From NCBI GenBank assembly GCA_043381765.1, contig JBHJMP010000678.1, forward strand, positions 1-49,226: a stretch of 49,226 nt of DNA, written 5' to 3'. A model generated the notes under the pieces. It was not told where the DNA came from. It saw only the letters and a program-made list of their open reading frames with translations, and searched no databases. The DNA is from Collodictyon triciliatum. Lineage: Eukaryota. The position numbers were made by a program, and so were the translations under genes. Positions 1-12,986 of the stretch are shown piece by piece. Positions within the stretch are counted from its first letter, which is position 1. Every line of letters starts with the position of its first letter.

Positions 1-152
1 AAAACAAAAAACAAAAACAAAAACAAAAACAAAAACAAAAACAAAAACAAAAACAAAAACAAAAACAAAAACAAAAACAAAAACAAAAAACAAAAACAAA
101 AACAAAAAACAAATACAAAAACAAAAACAAAAAAAAAAAAAAAAAAAAAAAA
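1..152. repeat. (CAAAAA)n microsatellite plus poly-A, intronic
   Basis: Directly visible tandem repeat. Confidence 0.95.
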
Positions 153-190
153 AGAAGAAAGAAGGAAGGAAAGAAACTTAAAGATGAATG

Positions 191-347
191 ATATAATCAA
201 ATATAATCAAATATAATCAAATATAATCAAATATAATCAAATATAATCAAGTAGAATCAAGTAGAATCAAGTAGAATCAAGTAGAATCAAGTAGAATCAA
301 GTAGAATCAAGTAGAATCAAGTAGAATCAAGTGGAATCAAGTAGAAT
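191..347. repeat. 10-bp minisatellite, (ATATAATCAA)n switching to (GTAGAATCAA)n, intronic
   Basis: Six ATATAATCAA units followed by about nine GTAGAATCAA units. Confidence 0.95.
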
Positions 348-368
348 AAGACTATTGAAAGCAACACC

Positions 369-1036
369 TTTTTTGCCTCCTCCTTGGCTATCTTGCCCTC
401 CAGCTCATCCATCCACGCATCCTCCACATCATCGCCGTCCCCATCCGACAAGCGCTCCAAATCCTCCGCACTCGCCCCGATTCCAATCCTGCGCTCACCT
501 TTCCTCTTTGTGCGGATGCGACCGTACTCGTCGTACCCCACTGCGCGCCTCTCCATCTCAAAGCGCACATAGTTGCCGTCCCGGTCAAAGTACCCGTCCG
601 ACCGCTCCTGCTCGAGATTGAACGCCTCCAATCCTTCCAACTCTTCGTCCGCGACTTCCTCTGCAATCTGCTCTTCTCCGCGTTGCCGCACGAGAATCTG
701 CTGCCCGCCTCGCACGGCAAACCTTGTCGCTTTTTGGCTCCTGCCTTCTCCCTCGGCGTTGCCGCCATCATCGCCTTCATCATCAAAATCATTATCACCG
801 TCATCGCCGTCATCATCTCCGTTCGGGCCTTTGTTGTCCTCCTCCAAGTCGTCCAAGAGGCGCTGGTATTCCGCACTCAGTTTCGCCCCGCCGAGTGCTT
901 TGCTGTGCCGCTTCAGTGCGCGTGCGCGTTGGGCAGAGCGCTCTGCATTCTCGTCGGTGCAGTCGTCGTGTGGCGCGTCGGAGTCGGCTGCTTTGGCGCT
1001 GTCTTTGCGGCCGGTCTCGTCTCTCGGGGTTGCCAT
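369..1036 (-). CDS. CD2BP2: CD2BP2/Lin1/Snu40-like U5 snRNP protein, first exon (gene continues beyond the window start)
   Basis: Acidic ORF with LEAFNLEQERSDGYFDRDGNYV and DAWMD, matching the family motifs (PFNLxEExEEGxFDxxGNY, DxWLD) as recalled. Coding character ends at the donor AAG|GTGTTG near 369. The GYF domain is not in the window. Confidence 0.8.
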
Positions 1037-1076
1037 GGGCAGTCTCTGCTCGACCTGCGTTTTTTGCTCGGCTCAG

Positions 1077-1368
1077 TTTTCTTTTCTTTTTCTTTTTCTT
1101 TTTCTTTTTCTTTTCTTTTCTTTTCTTTTCTTTTCTTTTCTTTTCTTTTCTTTTCTTTTCTTTTCCATTCTTTTCTTTTTCTTTTCTTTTCTTTTCTTTT
1201 TCTTTTCTTTTCTTTTCTTTTTCTTTTCTTTTCCTTTCTATTCTCTTATTTTCTTTTCTATTCTTTTCTTTTCTTTTTCTTTTCTTTTCTTTTCCTTTCT
1301 TTTTCTTTTCTTTTCCTTTCTTTTCTTTTCTTTTCTTTTCTTTTCTTTTCTTGTTCTTTTTCTTTTCT
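1077..1368. repeat. (TTTTC)n low-complexity tract upstream of the CD2BP2-like gene
   Basis: Directly visible. Confidence 0.95.
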
Positions 1369-1648
1369 GCGTGAAGCGTGTCGTTGATCGCAACTTGTCA
1401 GTTTCAGTGTTTTTTCACCTTGTAGCCTTTCTATAAAAAAACTGGAGCTTTATTCTATATAAAAACAGCTGTGTTAAAAAANNNNNNNNNNNNNNNNNNN
1501 NNNNNNNNNNNNNNNNNNNNNNNNNNNNNNNNNNNNNNNNNNNNNNNNNNNNNNNNNNNNNNNNNNNNNNNNNNNNNNNACAAAAACAAAAACAAATAGT
1601 ATGATTGAGTCATAGATTTCAAATATGCAGCATGTGCTGAACGGGCAC

Positions 1649-2629
1649 CTGGAGACATCCTCAACCAAGTAGTTGCGGCTGAGAAGGTCAATCAGTTTCT
1701 TAAGGGCTGTTTCACGGGTTGACGATCTGTCAAAAATGCAGATTCAAGATATATTGCAGTTGCTATATTATTTACACATCACCCAAATACTTTCATAATA
1801 CGGTCTGAGATTAGGCCGCATTGATGGACAATTACGTATGCTAAACAACTATCCAATCATTAGTAAACATGAGCACTAACCGCTTTTCGGTAAGACTATC
1901 GTTGAGCTCATTCAGAGTCTGGTAGTGGTCGACATGCTCGTCAGCCTAGAATAGACATAAATAAATGTAGATAAACAAATAAATAATTAAAAAAAAAAAG
2001 GAACTATAACTATTCGTAACTATAAAAACAAACAATTTTTTATTCTTCGTTTCAATTTGTGCAAGATGGTAAACAAATAAACAGATACATAGATAAACGA
2101 TTCATACAGATATAAAAATATATTGCCGCTTTGAATCTATCATTGGCACAGGTGTGAAGAAGAAGAAGAAGAAGAAGAAGAAGAAGAAGAAGAAGAAGAA
2201 GAAGAAGAAGAAGAAGAAGAAGAAGAAGAAGAAGAAGAAGAAGAAGAAGAAGAAGAAAACCTGAGTTCCAGAGACCGAACTGGCACCTACAGCAGAATGC
2301 GGGACACCCTCTGACCCGGAACTGTCGCTTTCATCTCCTTTACGGCTTTCAGAGCGACCTTTACCCGACTTCTTTCCTTTTCGCGCAGCAGAGCCGCTCA
2401 CTTCGGTCTCTGTTGCAAAGTCCTTTGGCTCCTCTTTTTTCTCTGCTTAACGCATAGCACAGTAACTTATTTACGTATGTTTATATTATTCATGGACATA
2501 GTTTTATAAGGAGAGAGAGTGTGTGTGTATGTATGCGTGTGCGAGAGAGGTTGTATAAAATCGGCGCTGTCATCTCTGCTTCCAAAGGAAAAGACCGTGT
2601 AAGTCATACGAACCTCTGCGCTTAGACAT
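1649..2629 (-). CDS. IFRD: Interferon-related developmental regulator (IFRD1/2-like), 5' part; remainder probably lost in the gap at 1482-1579
   Basis: Four exons splice in frame with GT-AG: MSKRR / K- and S-rich linker / ADEHVDHYQTLNELNDSLTEKR / SSTRETALRKLIDLLSRNYLVEDVS. This matches the IFRD N-terminal motif LxEKRxxTRExALxxL as recalled. Confidence 0.7.
2155..2257. repeat. (GAA)n trinucleotide repeat in an intron of the IFRD-like gene
   Basis: About 33 perfect units immediately after the donor CAG|GTTTTC on the minus strand. Confidence 0.95.
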
Positions 2630-3090
2630 TTTCCGTGCTCCGGTCGAGACAGACGATTCTTTGAGGCGTTGGAGCGACGACCAATGAAGATGACTCAGGA
2701 AAAGGCACGAAGCACACGATGCTGGGCGAGAAGACAGCGAGTCAGGGTTTGCGCTGTAAATCAACTCCAGGTTTTTTTTTAAAAAAAAAAAAACAAAACA
2801 AACAAAAAAACAAAAAAAACCTAGCAAACAAGCAAAAAGGCTTTGCGCTTAGTGTGGTCAAAAATACTAAAGAAGTAGACAAATAATAGTACGAAAAACA
2901 CTTAAAATAAGTCGACGAAATACAAGAAAAAAATCGTATGTAAACGCGGGATGGATGATGTGCACCGCCACTTTGTGTACTGCAATGATAATTGAATCCT
3001 CGAGAAGAACTCGCAACCATTGAGCAACAAAGAGGCGGTATAGAAATCCCACATCCGCAACACGGCTGGTTCGCCTGCCTTTCGTTTAGT

Positions 3091-6000
3091 TTATTTACTT
3101 ATTAATATCGACTCGGCTGTGACATCACGCGCGTTTCCCTCGAGTAATTCACTTCGCACATCACGCATCTGCCAAGCCCTCCACCCAATCAACATATCCC
3201 AGATACATCTCCCACACAGTCTTTGCTGGGCGAATATAATGCGCCAACCCTCCTTGTGTGTCTTTTTCGTGATACACTGAAAACTCTGTGCTTCCAGCCA
3301 GCCGGCGGCGCACAGCCTCTGAAACCTGGTTAAAACGGTGTCATGAGGACGGGGGAAACGGTGTATCTTGGGTCGGGTGAAGAGTATAAAAGTATCAAAA
3401 AGAAACAAAAAGGTATCGTGTACGAATTGACATGGCAAACCCGAATCCGGCTTGGGATACAATTGGCCATCATTCTTTGGCTTTCTTGAACTTTGGAATA
3501 TATGTTTTCTCAATAAAATATCATTATTAATCGATAGATATGTATATACGAAATTTTTTTATCAGAATTCCTTTTTCTCGTATTTCAGTGGATATTCAAT
3601 TGTGCTCACTAATGTATACTTGACAAATCTTTTGAAATTGTTTTTTTTTGAAACAGAAAAAGGATAAGGATAACAGCAAAGGGAAAGGAAAACAGACCAA
3701 CCGGACCCCAGTAGTCATGCGAAAATCGGCTCTTGCCTGGGTTGGTGGGAAACATTTTTAAAAAGAATATGAAAGATTAAGTGAAACACTAAATTTGGAT
3801 GTAGTTCTTTATAAGAAATAAAATCTAATAATGCAGCTTTATTGCTTATTATTGGGCATATTACCAGAAATGTATTAAAGTAGATTATATCAATACTCAG
3901 CACATCAAAATTGTATGAATTGATAACAAAGAGGAAACATGGGAGTAATGCATGCATGGATTCATTTACCAATTATCCCACCGTAGCATGGACCCAAGTC
4001 AACACCTATTCGCAGTTGAATATATCCTTTGATGTCCTCAAATTGCGTTTCATCAAAATACTTTGATACCTGAATTAACGATGAAAATATCATTCCAATC
4101 GTTCTTGCCTTCCCTTTTCGCTTCACACCTCCAATTAAATGACATTGCAAAATTACAAGTACAGAATTGGGCTTCCGTATTTTTTGTATAAATATTCATC
4201 TTGCACAATGCAATTGAACCATAAAAAAAAACAACGAAAATAACATGAAAATAACAAGTTGTAGCCAAGGTCACCTCGCACGCCATTTTTAGTAATCTGT
4301 TTAAATGCTCACTTCCTTCATCTCCATTTTCTCTCTTTGATATGGCCTATAAGAAATAACAACAATCGTTTCGATATTAGTTTAAGAGGTGTATTTTGGC
4401 TTCAAAAAAAACATACCCATGGCAATAGATTTGGGGTATTATACATGAAATATCTGACTGATATCATAATGAACAAAAAAGTTATTATTTCTCTGATTAT
4501 TTGATTCAAGGAAGAACAAAATGTTTAATAATCTTTTTCCAAGCTTTGTTGTACATAAGAATGATATTACAATTATATTTTTTGAATCAACTTACTCTGT
4601 ATACATCGCCACATGTTTTCACTGGGATTATTCCATGTGAGTCACAACAAAGATTTATAGCTTCAAACGCCTCTAGTATTTCATCATTTTTGAGTGAGAT
4701 AATTGAAAAGATAAATCAATTTAGCTACTTTTAATCTATATTGGTTCTCTTAAGAAAAAAACCGGTAATCCAGTCAATACGCTCACTAAGGAACTTATTC
4801 TTTGTTGATGAGCACATTTTGTAAATTGAAATAGTGATAACGGCGACATTGGGATGATACTCCGAAACAGCTACATCGCCTTCCCTCATCTTTTCATAAA
4901 CTTCATGTGTAAGGAGAGATAATAGCATGGATTCAGTTTCACGTCTTTCATCCATACTGGCCTTTAATTCCTAAACGACAGTTGTTAGTATATATCCTTA
5001 TACTTAACATAAGACACTACTAATTTTTTATACGCGCACACATATATAGAACATGTGTTATGAACAAACTAAGGAAGGCGAAAAGGTGGAGAAAGCTTTA
5101 AATACCTTGCATAAATCGATCTGTGACTTTATGTTTCTTTCTATCGTTATCTGATACGTTTGGTTTTCTAAAATTAAGAGCAGATACAGTAAAAAATGGT
5201 AAATTATCCAGGCTGTTGAGAGTAAGATATCACCATGCGTGCCTCTATAAGGAATATAGGATTAGGATAGAATGAAAACCTATTTTTTTGCCCTTTCTCT
5301 TTAAAAATAATATGAATATGAATATTGATATTGTTTGGTGTTTTGTAATACCTCGTTATATGGCTAAAGAATCCATACAAAACTACGATATAAGATAGCC
5401 ACAGAGAAATCAGTGTCTTGAAGTGCTTCATTGATGTGGATGGACAAGAGGAAAAAAGGATGGCCCATGTATAAAATTCTTCTGTTGCGAAGGAGAGCAT
5501 TCCCATATCCGATATCCCCAGAGCGCGATGCATGATTGCGCTCGTATTGTTGGTCAAAATGTACAAAAAGTAGACTCCAAAACAAATGATAGGGATACTT
5601 TCTGTAACTAATCGGTGATTGTTTTTCTCGAAGTACTCACTTCTCGTCCATTCGTATCCAAAGGCCAGGAGAATGGTAAATGGCAGAATTACTGAGAATC
5701 GTATGTACAGAGATACCATCTTGAATGAGTCCAAAAAATAAATACACATACTATTTTGGCTTCCTTCACTCCATCCATACATGAATATCAATAAGCAAAG
5801 CATCCACAAGTATTGCCTATTGTTTAAAAAGGATGTTATTGGTAATTGGTTTAAAATGTAATAAAATTTGTAAATATTGCACATTGCTTCGTTTTATCAA
5901 AAATAAAATAAAAATGAATTTAATGATAATAAAACCAAACAACATACTTACCTAGTCATGATAGACTTTTCCATTTGGTTGTGATGGAGTTGAATAATTT

Positions 6001-9000
6001 TGATGGCTTCTAGTTCTTTTTCTTTTTTCAAAATCTCCTTGCTCTTTAGTTCGCTTACAATATTTGCCTTCGTCTTCTACAAGACACATTGTTTCAATCA
6101 ATTGTAATCGCCATTCATTGTAATTATCTTATCGTATACAAGCAACAAAAAGTGACAAAAACTAATTAAACACACTAAAATTCATTGAATACTACAAAAA
6201 AATGAGAAAATATAATAATAAAAAATACAAACCCTTCGAGTTTGTTGCCTTTCATAGCTTGGGATATCAAATAGTCCGGGAAATTCAGACATTTCCTCGA
6301 CACCTGGTTGAATACTAAACCGGATTGATTGGCGAGACTCTGGCGCCGGTTCTGACACAACATGTGATTCTCCTTCATGATGTGATTGCAAGACGAAGGT
6401 TTGAACACCACGAATGGTTATTCCTTCTTCGAAATCGATAAATGGCTAGTGACATGTAATCAATTATCAATTGATGCAAATAGGTACTGATAATGATTCA
6501 CATAGTTTTAGGTATTTTGATCAGTCACGACAATCTACCTTTGCAATATGGTAAACAGATTCGGTCACTGTGATTTGATTACTATTAACTAGGCCAATAA
6601 GCTTCATACATTTAGATGGTGCTACAAGATGGAAATTAACACGTCAATTAAAAGCTGTCATGAATTTTTTTTCTTTTTATATTTTGCTCTAAATTTCTGG
6701 TCCTCGCAAAGAATCATTTAAATTGCACAATCAATCTATTACATGTACCTTTCCCAAAAACATCAAAAGTTCTTTTCCTCGAACCTATGATGCCGCCTTC
6801 TGTTTTTCCGTTGTGCACCAAAATTTTTATGGAAATCTTATATGCGAGGGAGATTAAGATTATCTCGTTGAGGAATAATGACCCGATTTTGATGAAATTT
6901 AAAACTATTTAAAAGTATAAACCTTTTTTCCTTCAAAAAACATCTCTTCCTTGGTGAAAATTTTCAAAATCTTTGATGCTGCTCGACATGCCATCATGCA
7001 CGCTTTCACCTTTGAAGATTCGAATAGACCGCTGACAGCCTTAAATGCGCAACATGTATAATAGTAAGTATATGACCGAGACGAAGACATCGATGGGTTT
7101 TCAAACACTAATATATATATATATATATAATCAAACGCTTACCAGATAAGTGTTCCCTTAGATTGAGATTTTGTATATTATTAAATTAGACGTAATACTA
7201 ACTAACTTATAAGCATTTTACATGGATATTATATATATATTATTACCAAAGGTTTTTATCTTTTCCAGTCGATACCTGTATGACAAATTCATTTTCTTTT
7301 ACAACTACTCTTTCGTATTACGTTTTTTAAAAAAAAAATCATAAAATCATGATTGTCACTTACTTCTCGATTATATCGTCAATTTTTCTGAGAAAATGTG
7401 CGTTTAGTAATGAAATCAAATTCGACATGGACTTTGATTATACATAAACCAAAAATATGATTGATTTGGCCTCACTTATGTATTTCTCCAGTAATCTTCA
7501 CAAATGAAGCATGTGAATCAGGAATAATGGCATCACACAACCCACTTATTTCTAGAGCAACTATAGTTGTCCATTCATATTCGTATAAAGGGTCAATGGC
7601 GTAGGAAGAGTGCTGCAATTGTTCTGCCACCATCCTTAATGCAATATAATTATAAATTAATTCAGAGGTTGGCATATGATTTTAATAGGACCTTCTAATT
7701 AATGAGGTATGTATATGTGTTTGGGCAACTTTGGATAGATATGGTGCAGTAGAGAAACGGCTCTATTCTTTTCAACTTGGTTTTCTTCAATGGTTTTTTG
7801 AATGGTTTTCAACGAAAAGTATGACCTATTTTTTTTTTTTGAAATTTATCTGTAACATCAATACCATATTTTTGTCACTTATATTTATCTAGGTATTATG
7901 GATAAATATAAGTGACAATTATACCAATTCAAATTCAAGACATAAGAATTATGGAGAAAAGAACAACTAACCTCCTGTCATATGTATTCATATGATATGC
8001 TATTCTCAGGTGCAGATACAGCATAAGAATAAGGCGCGTGATATACTCGATGCTACCAAGGTAGCTTTTTTTCCATATAAATATCCCTAATGATCCACTT
8101 AAGACAGCGCCCCCAGCAATCGCAGACACAGCAAAATTCGTTCGAAAAATCGTAGCGATCAACTATTTGATACAATTTACAAATGAATTTAGTGCTGATG
8201 TCATATACATGAACCTAATCATTGAAGTGAAGGGTGGATATAAATATGTTGGATTCCTATTTAATTAAAATTGTTGGAAAGTACCGGCATTATAATAGCA
8301 ACATCGCTCAGAGAATCTATATCGGCTCTGTATCCTTTTGAAACCAAGGTACCAAGTATCATAGAAACACAGATAGTCGGTACAAACAAGATTTGAAAAC
8401 TATGCATTGATTCAAATGGTTGGCGATTGGATAAATATCAATCCAGAGAAAATACAGACCAAATACTTTTTCAGCTAGTGCATGTTTTAGATTTATTCAG
8501 AATGAATTATGACTTACGCATCACATATCTTAGTGTTCATTAAAATAAGAAAGATCAAAATTACAGAAGCTGACGTACATATGACTATCGCAGAATGAAC
8601 CGAACTAAACATCAAGACGTTTAATTCAGAATGTAGAAAGATAATAGCTTGAATAAGGGAATATGAATGAAATATTACATATATCGAAAATGGAAGTGGA
8701 GGATAAAATTGTATTGCTTGTTATCAAAATTACTCATTCATCCAGTCCTTTAATGAATTTAGCGAAAATAAAATCGTAACAATCAGTCCCGATACCAACA
8801 TAACATTCTTTTTGCTCGCAAGTTCGCCTCTTACAAAATCCGCCTCCATTTCCATATCATCAAATCTACCAAGGAAGGACATAATACCATTTGTTATCAT
8901 TTGAAAGATTCGACTAACGTAGAATAAAAGTAAAGAACCCCCATGGAAATAATGCATTAATAAATTTGTCGGCATAACTGCGAGCTAAAAAGAACGTGAT

Positions 9001-9390
9001 AGTATCGTTACATGAAAAGTTTTGACTTTTGTGAACATGAGAATCAAACTTTGAATACATGGGACAATACCTCGTTGTGTACTTTCGAAGCTGGCACATG
9101 TGTATGGATGGAAACAAATCCGAATCATGGAGCCAGTTTGCATAGGTTGAAGGGTTGAATTTGTTATATCGATCTGTGAGTGAGAGACTTCGCGGGAGAG
9201 TTTCGTTCGTCGCTCGCATCACCAGACGCGAGTCTTTCTTCTGTGTTGTTGCAAAACTGAATCCTGTGAAATAGGTTTGGCTCGATGTTGCATGCGACCT
9301 GCTGCATTTGCTTTTCTTGCTTGCTTGGGAATGAGGCTTCTCGAGGTATGCTGTATGTTTTGTAGGGGAAAGATCCATTCTTTTGCTCAT
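3091..9390 (-). CDS. Membrane class III nucleotidyl-cyclase-like protein A (TM cluster, cyclase domain, TM cluster, cyclase domain), more than 20 exons, catalytically degenerate
   Basis: Continuous in-frame splicing with GT-AG introns. Domain 1: LLHHIYPKMVAEQL, TTIVALEISGL, EKIKTFGNTYLAVSGL, GGIIGSRKRTFDVFG. Domain 2: NVAVITISIYKM, VKTCGDVYRAIS, QLRIGVDLGPCYGGIIGKSRFSHDYWGPVVQESQRM. The stop is TGA at 3161, or TAA at 3091 if a final 49-nt intron is removed. Confidence 0.85.
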
Positions 9391-10436
9391 GGAGGCCTGC
9401 GTGTATTCTATCACGGTAGACAAAGGATAATTTTACTAAGAAAAAAAATGAGGTCTTGTTGTGTCTCTTGCAACCTTGGCCGAGTATCGTTGCCTGTTTT
9501 CTCTCGTTCTCTCCCTTCTTTTGCCTTCGCTCACTCCTTTGTCCTCACCTTTGTTCTCCTGAACACCGAGCAACCTGACTGATTTGTGGTGCTTTGAAGG
9601 TGCTCGTGGCGATCAATCGCTGAGAAGCTCTCAGGCTAAGTGTCTTGGCCAATTAGATAAGAGCCGAGCGCGATGGCAAAGGGATTCGAATCCAAACCCC
9701 CACATGTGTTTTCAAAAACCCGGCAAAGACAAAATGCCAAACTGCTTTTTAAGGCTGCGCCTTTTTTTCTTTTTCTTTTGTTTTTTTTGACAGCTTTGGC
9801 ATTCTGCTTCATCATACTATTTCTGTACCGGCGCGTGTGCAGAAGAAGGCTCAAACGCACGGATGTCTGCTAAACAGAAGGCTGTTGCTGCTTCAGCTTG
9901 CTTGGCCCAGAAGGATGCACTGCGCCATGCGTGATTGCGGCGCGTCTTATCAGGAATGGGTTGGGTTGGGTCGGGTCGGGTTGGGTCGGTTGTTGGCTGT
10001 ATTTGTGGTGGGTAATTGATGATTTGTGAAAAGCAATCTGATGTTTGGCGGTGCACAAGGATTTTCACATGCCACAGTTGTGAGATGCAAGAGCGGCTAC
10101 AGAGTTCATGCATTCTGAAGGTATTGCGATATGTGCTGAGAAAAATAGTTCGTTACTAAACGACAGTCGACAGGGGATGGCACTCGAAGCGAAGTAAAGC
10201 AAATGGAGATACGCTTGGGAAAAAATAAAGATGAAAAGCTATTTTTCTTTCACAAGTTCTTTTATATTCAATATAGCCTTTTTATTTTATTTCGTTTTGA
10301 TTTTGTAGGTCCTGAAGAAGGATTGCATGAAAAACACTTCAGAAGAAGGGACGCGAAGGATAAAATTGGTACATAAAAACATCAAATCCTCGAGGTTGCA
10401 CACTGTTCGTTTCCTTTTCATGGGTATATCTTACGA

Positions 10437-12986
10437 TTAAGGAAATACAGGGTCGAGCACATCAGACTTTGGAGCCGTCGGAGGGCGCTTTGGCCGTGAC
10501 CGAGAAGAAGAAACGGTGACCTTTTCCTTTGGAGTTTTTGAGCTGAACGCCGCAAAGTTTGCAATTTGTGGATGCATTTGCTTTGGGAGAATAAAAACGT
10601 CAGTTGCCACCACCACTCCATGCTTTTCTTGTATGTGTGCGCCGTATGGAATCAACCCGTGCAGGCGATTGCTTATCCATCGAGACACCATCTGAAAAGT
10701 GAGTTGCTGGTTTGGAGACGGTATGTGTCGAGCCTGTCCAAATATTATTCCTCGTGCAAACTCCACGATTTCTTCGGTGGTAAAGTTAGAAGACAGCGTG
10801 CTATAGGCCTGTGTTGGTGGCTGTTCCTCGTAACCAATCGGATTGGAGTCTGTGTAGCTGATTTGTTTGCCTATTGATTTGGTTGATGGGGTGGAATATG
10901 AAAGGGAACAAGCCTCGGGCTTCATTTGAATGGCTATGCCAGCCGGGACGGATGGATTAGATTGAGATGGTGCTGGTGTTTGAGTCATGAGAATATTGTG
11001 GACGGTCCGATGCTTATCTGCTATCTTAGACTTGATTTTCATACAAATGATGGATATGGGTAAAATGATCGCAATAGGTAATTCATCCCAGTTACCACTC
11101 CAGATAATAGGCAAGCCAGACATTTTATCAGTGCCGTATGGATTTAAATCAGGCAATCTTCCGATACCTTTTTTCAGCAGTCGATCTACAAAGGTTGTCC
11201 AGAAGACCCAGCGATGTCGACACTAATAATTATTTTGGATTTGAATGCATGATATCACATTATGTCGCAAGCAGAAATAAGGTGGCAACAAATCATTCGT
11301 AGCATTAACCAATAGAAGAAGGGGTCATAACTGGTGTGTAATGATCTTTTAGAAGGGGCATATTGTTACAAATGGTTGGTGCGAGCAACCTGTTACGAAA
11401 AAAAAAATCCACCTGTACATCTACTCTATTTGGTACATGAGGAGCTATTCTTCTCCACGCGTAATCACCGACCTCACGAATAGCTCGTGCCAAATGCTTG
11501 TCCTCTTCCTCAGTCCATTTCCTGATGTGCATAGTCCGATTTTTTTTTAACTCATGTGAAGTGGATAGAGCAATACGATGACTTAACGATTCCGAATTTT
11601 TTCGAAAAGTCACTATCGAATATATATCATCTTTGAAAATATAAGCACGGAGAAACTGTTGCAACTTTTTTCTTACCCTTTGTGCGTTGGCCCTGTACCG
11701 ATCTGATTCCAACGTTGGAGGCAATCAGTTTCCGTCACATCGGCTCCCATGTTATGGGCGACAATACACCAAGAGTCTGTCCCATGGGTTTGGACAAGAT
11801 TGAACAACTTAGAATCCATGATTGTAGTCCAATCGACTTTATTTTCTCTATTCAAGCTTGAGGCGACGACTTTTGCATCTGCGCGATGTTTGGAAGCTTA
11901 GTTTTAGATGCTCAACAAAATCAGAATCACAGATACAACCTATCACTCAAGGAAACTAAGGTCGTTTTGGATTATGTGCCGAAAAAGAAGATACATACAA
12001 CATATGTCTGAATATTGTCTCTTAGTTTCTTTTAAATTTTATATTTTCTGGATTTTTAATTATGGGGAGATATACGTATATGGCCGTTGCTGGCTCCAAA
12101 AATGTATGAGTTTATATGTATTCGTATTTGGTATGAAAATTAAGGGTCGAGGCTATAAACTTTGTCATCGAGATTATGTGAATGCATGTTTCCACCTAGT
12201 CATTCAACAAGTATTGATCACACTCGATATTTTATCAGCAATTTACATCAAAGTTATGCAATTACCATGAAACGCGTCCGGGGAGGATTCTTCAATGAAT
12301 TCCTTGTTGCAGTGATTCCACATAGTCCCGTGATGGCTAATCTCTCTGGAATCTCCGAAGTCCAATCTGTGTGCTCTGTGGACAGGAGGGCCACAATGCT
12401 GCTTACGAAATAAATGAGCATCTTTTTCGAGTGCACTGTAAGTCTCCTCACTGTAAGATTCATCAGAGCTTATCATGCTTGTCTGGCTAGGGAACTCAAT
12501 GTCATATCTGCCCTTCTTTGGCTGGTTGAACTGTGGTTTGAGTGCTGACTTTCCAATAATTTTGGTATTATCAGGGGAATGTACGCGTTTTTCTGGACAT
12601 GAATCAGTAGATTTCTTTGTTGGAGACGACCCGCTTAGAGAATGTGCACATGCGACATCTGCCAAGGTGGAAATGGGATGTCGGGCCGGTGATGCTGCAA
12701 CCACCGCCACGGCTGTTGTTGGTATATTATCTGGTCGAGTGGCGCGCGGACTTTCAATAAAGTTCGGATGAAGTGAAGCATTGAACGGACTGAGACGTGT
12801 ATTTTCTTGTGATGATGAGATTTGATAATGTGCAGGAGAGAGCAAAGTAGGCTGGGTCGTGCGAATGGTTGAGTTTTGGAAGAAGCGGGCATGAAGCTGG
12901 TTGACCAGAGTGGCAGTATCCTCTGGGGAAAGAATACCGTGTCGAATCTGCATAAATGGGCACTTTGGATGGGTCGGATTTGACAT
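10437..12986 (-). CDS. Myb-domain transcription factor with two repeats, multi-exon
   Basis: VDWTTIMDSKLFNLVQTHGTDSWCIVAHNM...CLQRW / GKWTEEEDKHLARAIREVGDYAWRRIAPHVPNRVDVQ / CRHRW joined by GT-AG introns; TAA at 10437. The start (12986 or 13066) and the exons in 11900-12240 are uncertain. Confidence 0.85.

Noticed and set aside
191-347. CRISPR array
   Set aside because: Head-to-tail repeats without spacers, in a eukaryotic intron, with no cas genes.
573-1436. Long plus-strand ORFs and the poly-F/K/EL ORFs (also 21242-21775, 34310-34627, 47894-48262)
   Set aside because: These are antisense shadows of GC-rich exons or translations of stop-free microsatellites and N gaps.
3400-7620. Guanylyl cyclase with swapped C1/C2 domains (alveolate type)
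   Set aside because: Domain 1 is C2-like at KIKTFGNTY, but both domains keep K/D rather than the E/C guanine determinants, and domain 1 lacks the catalytic N/R.
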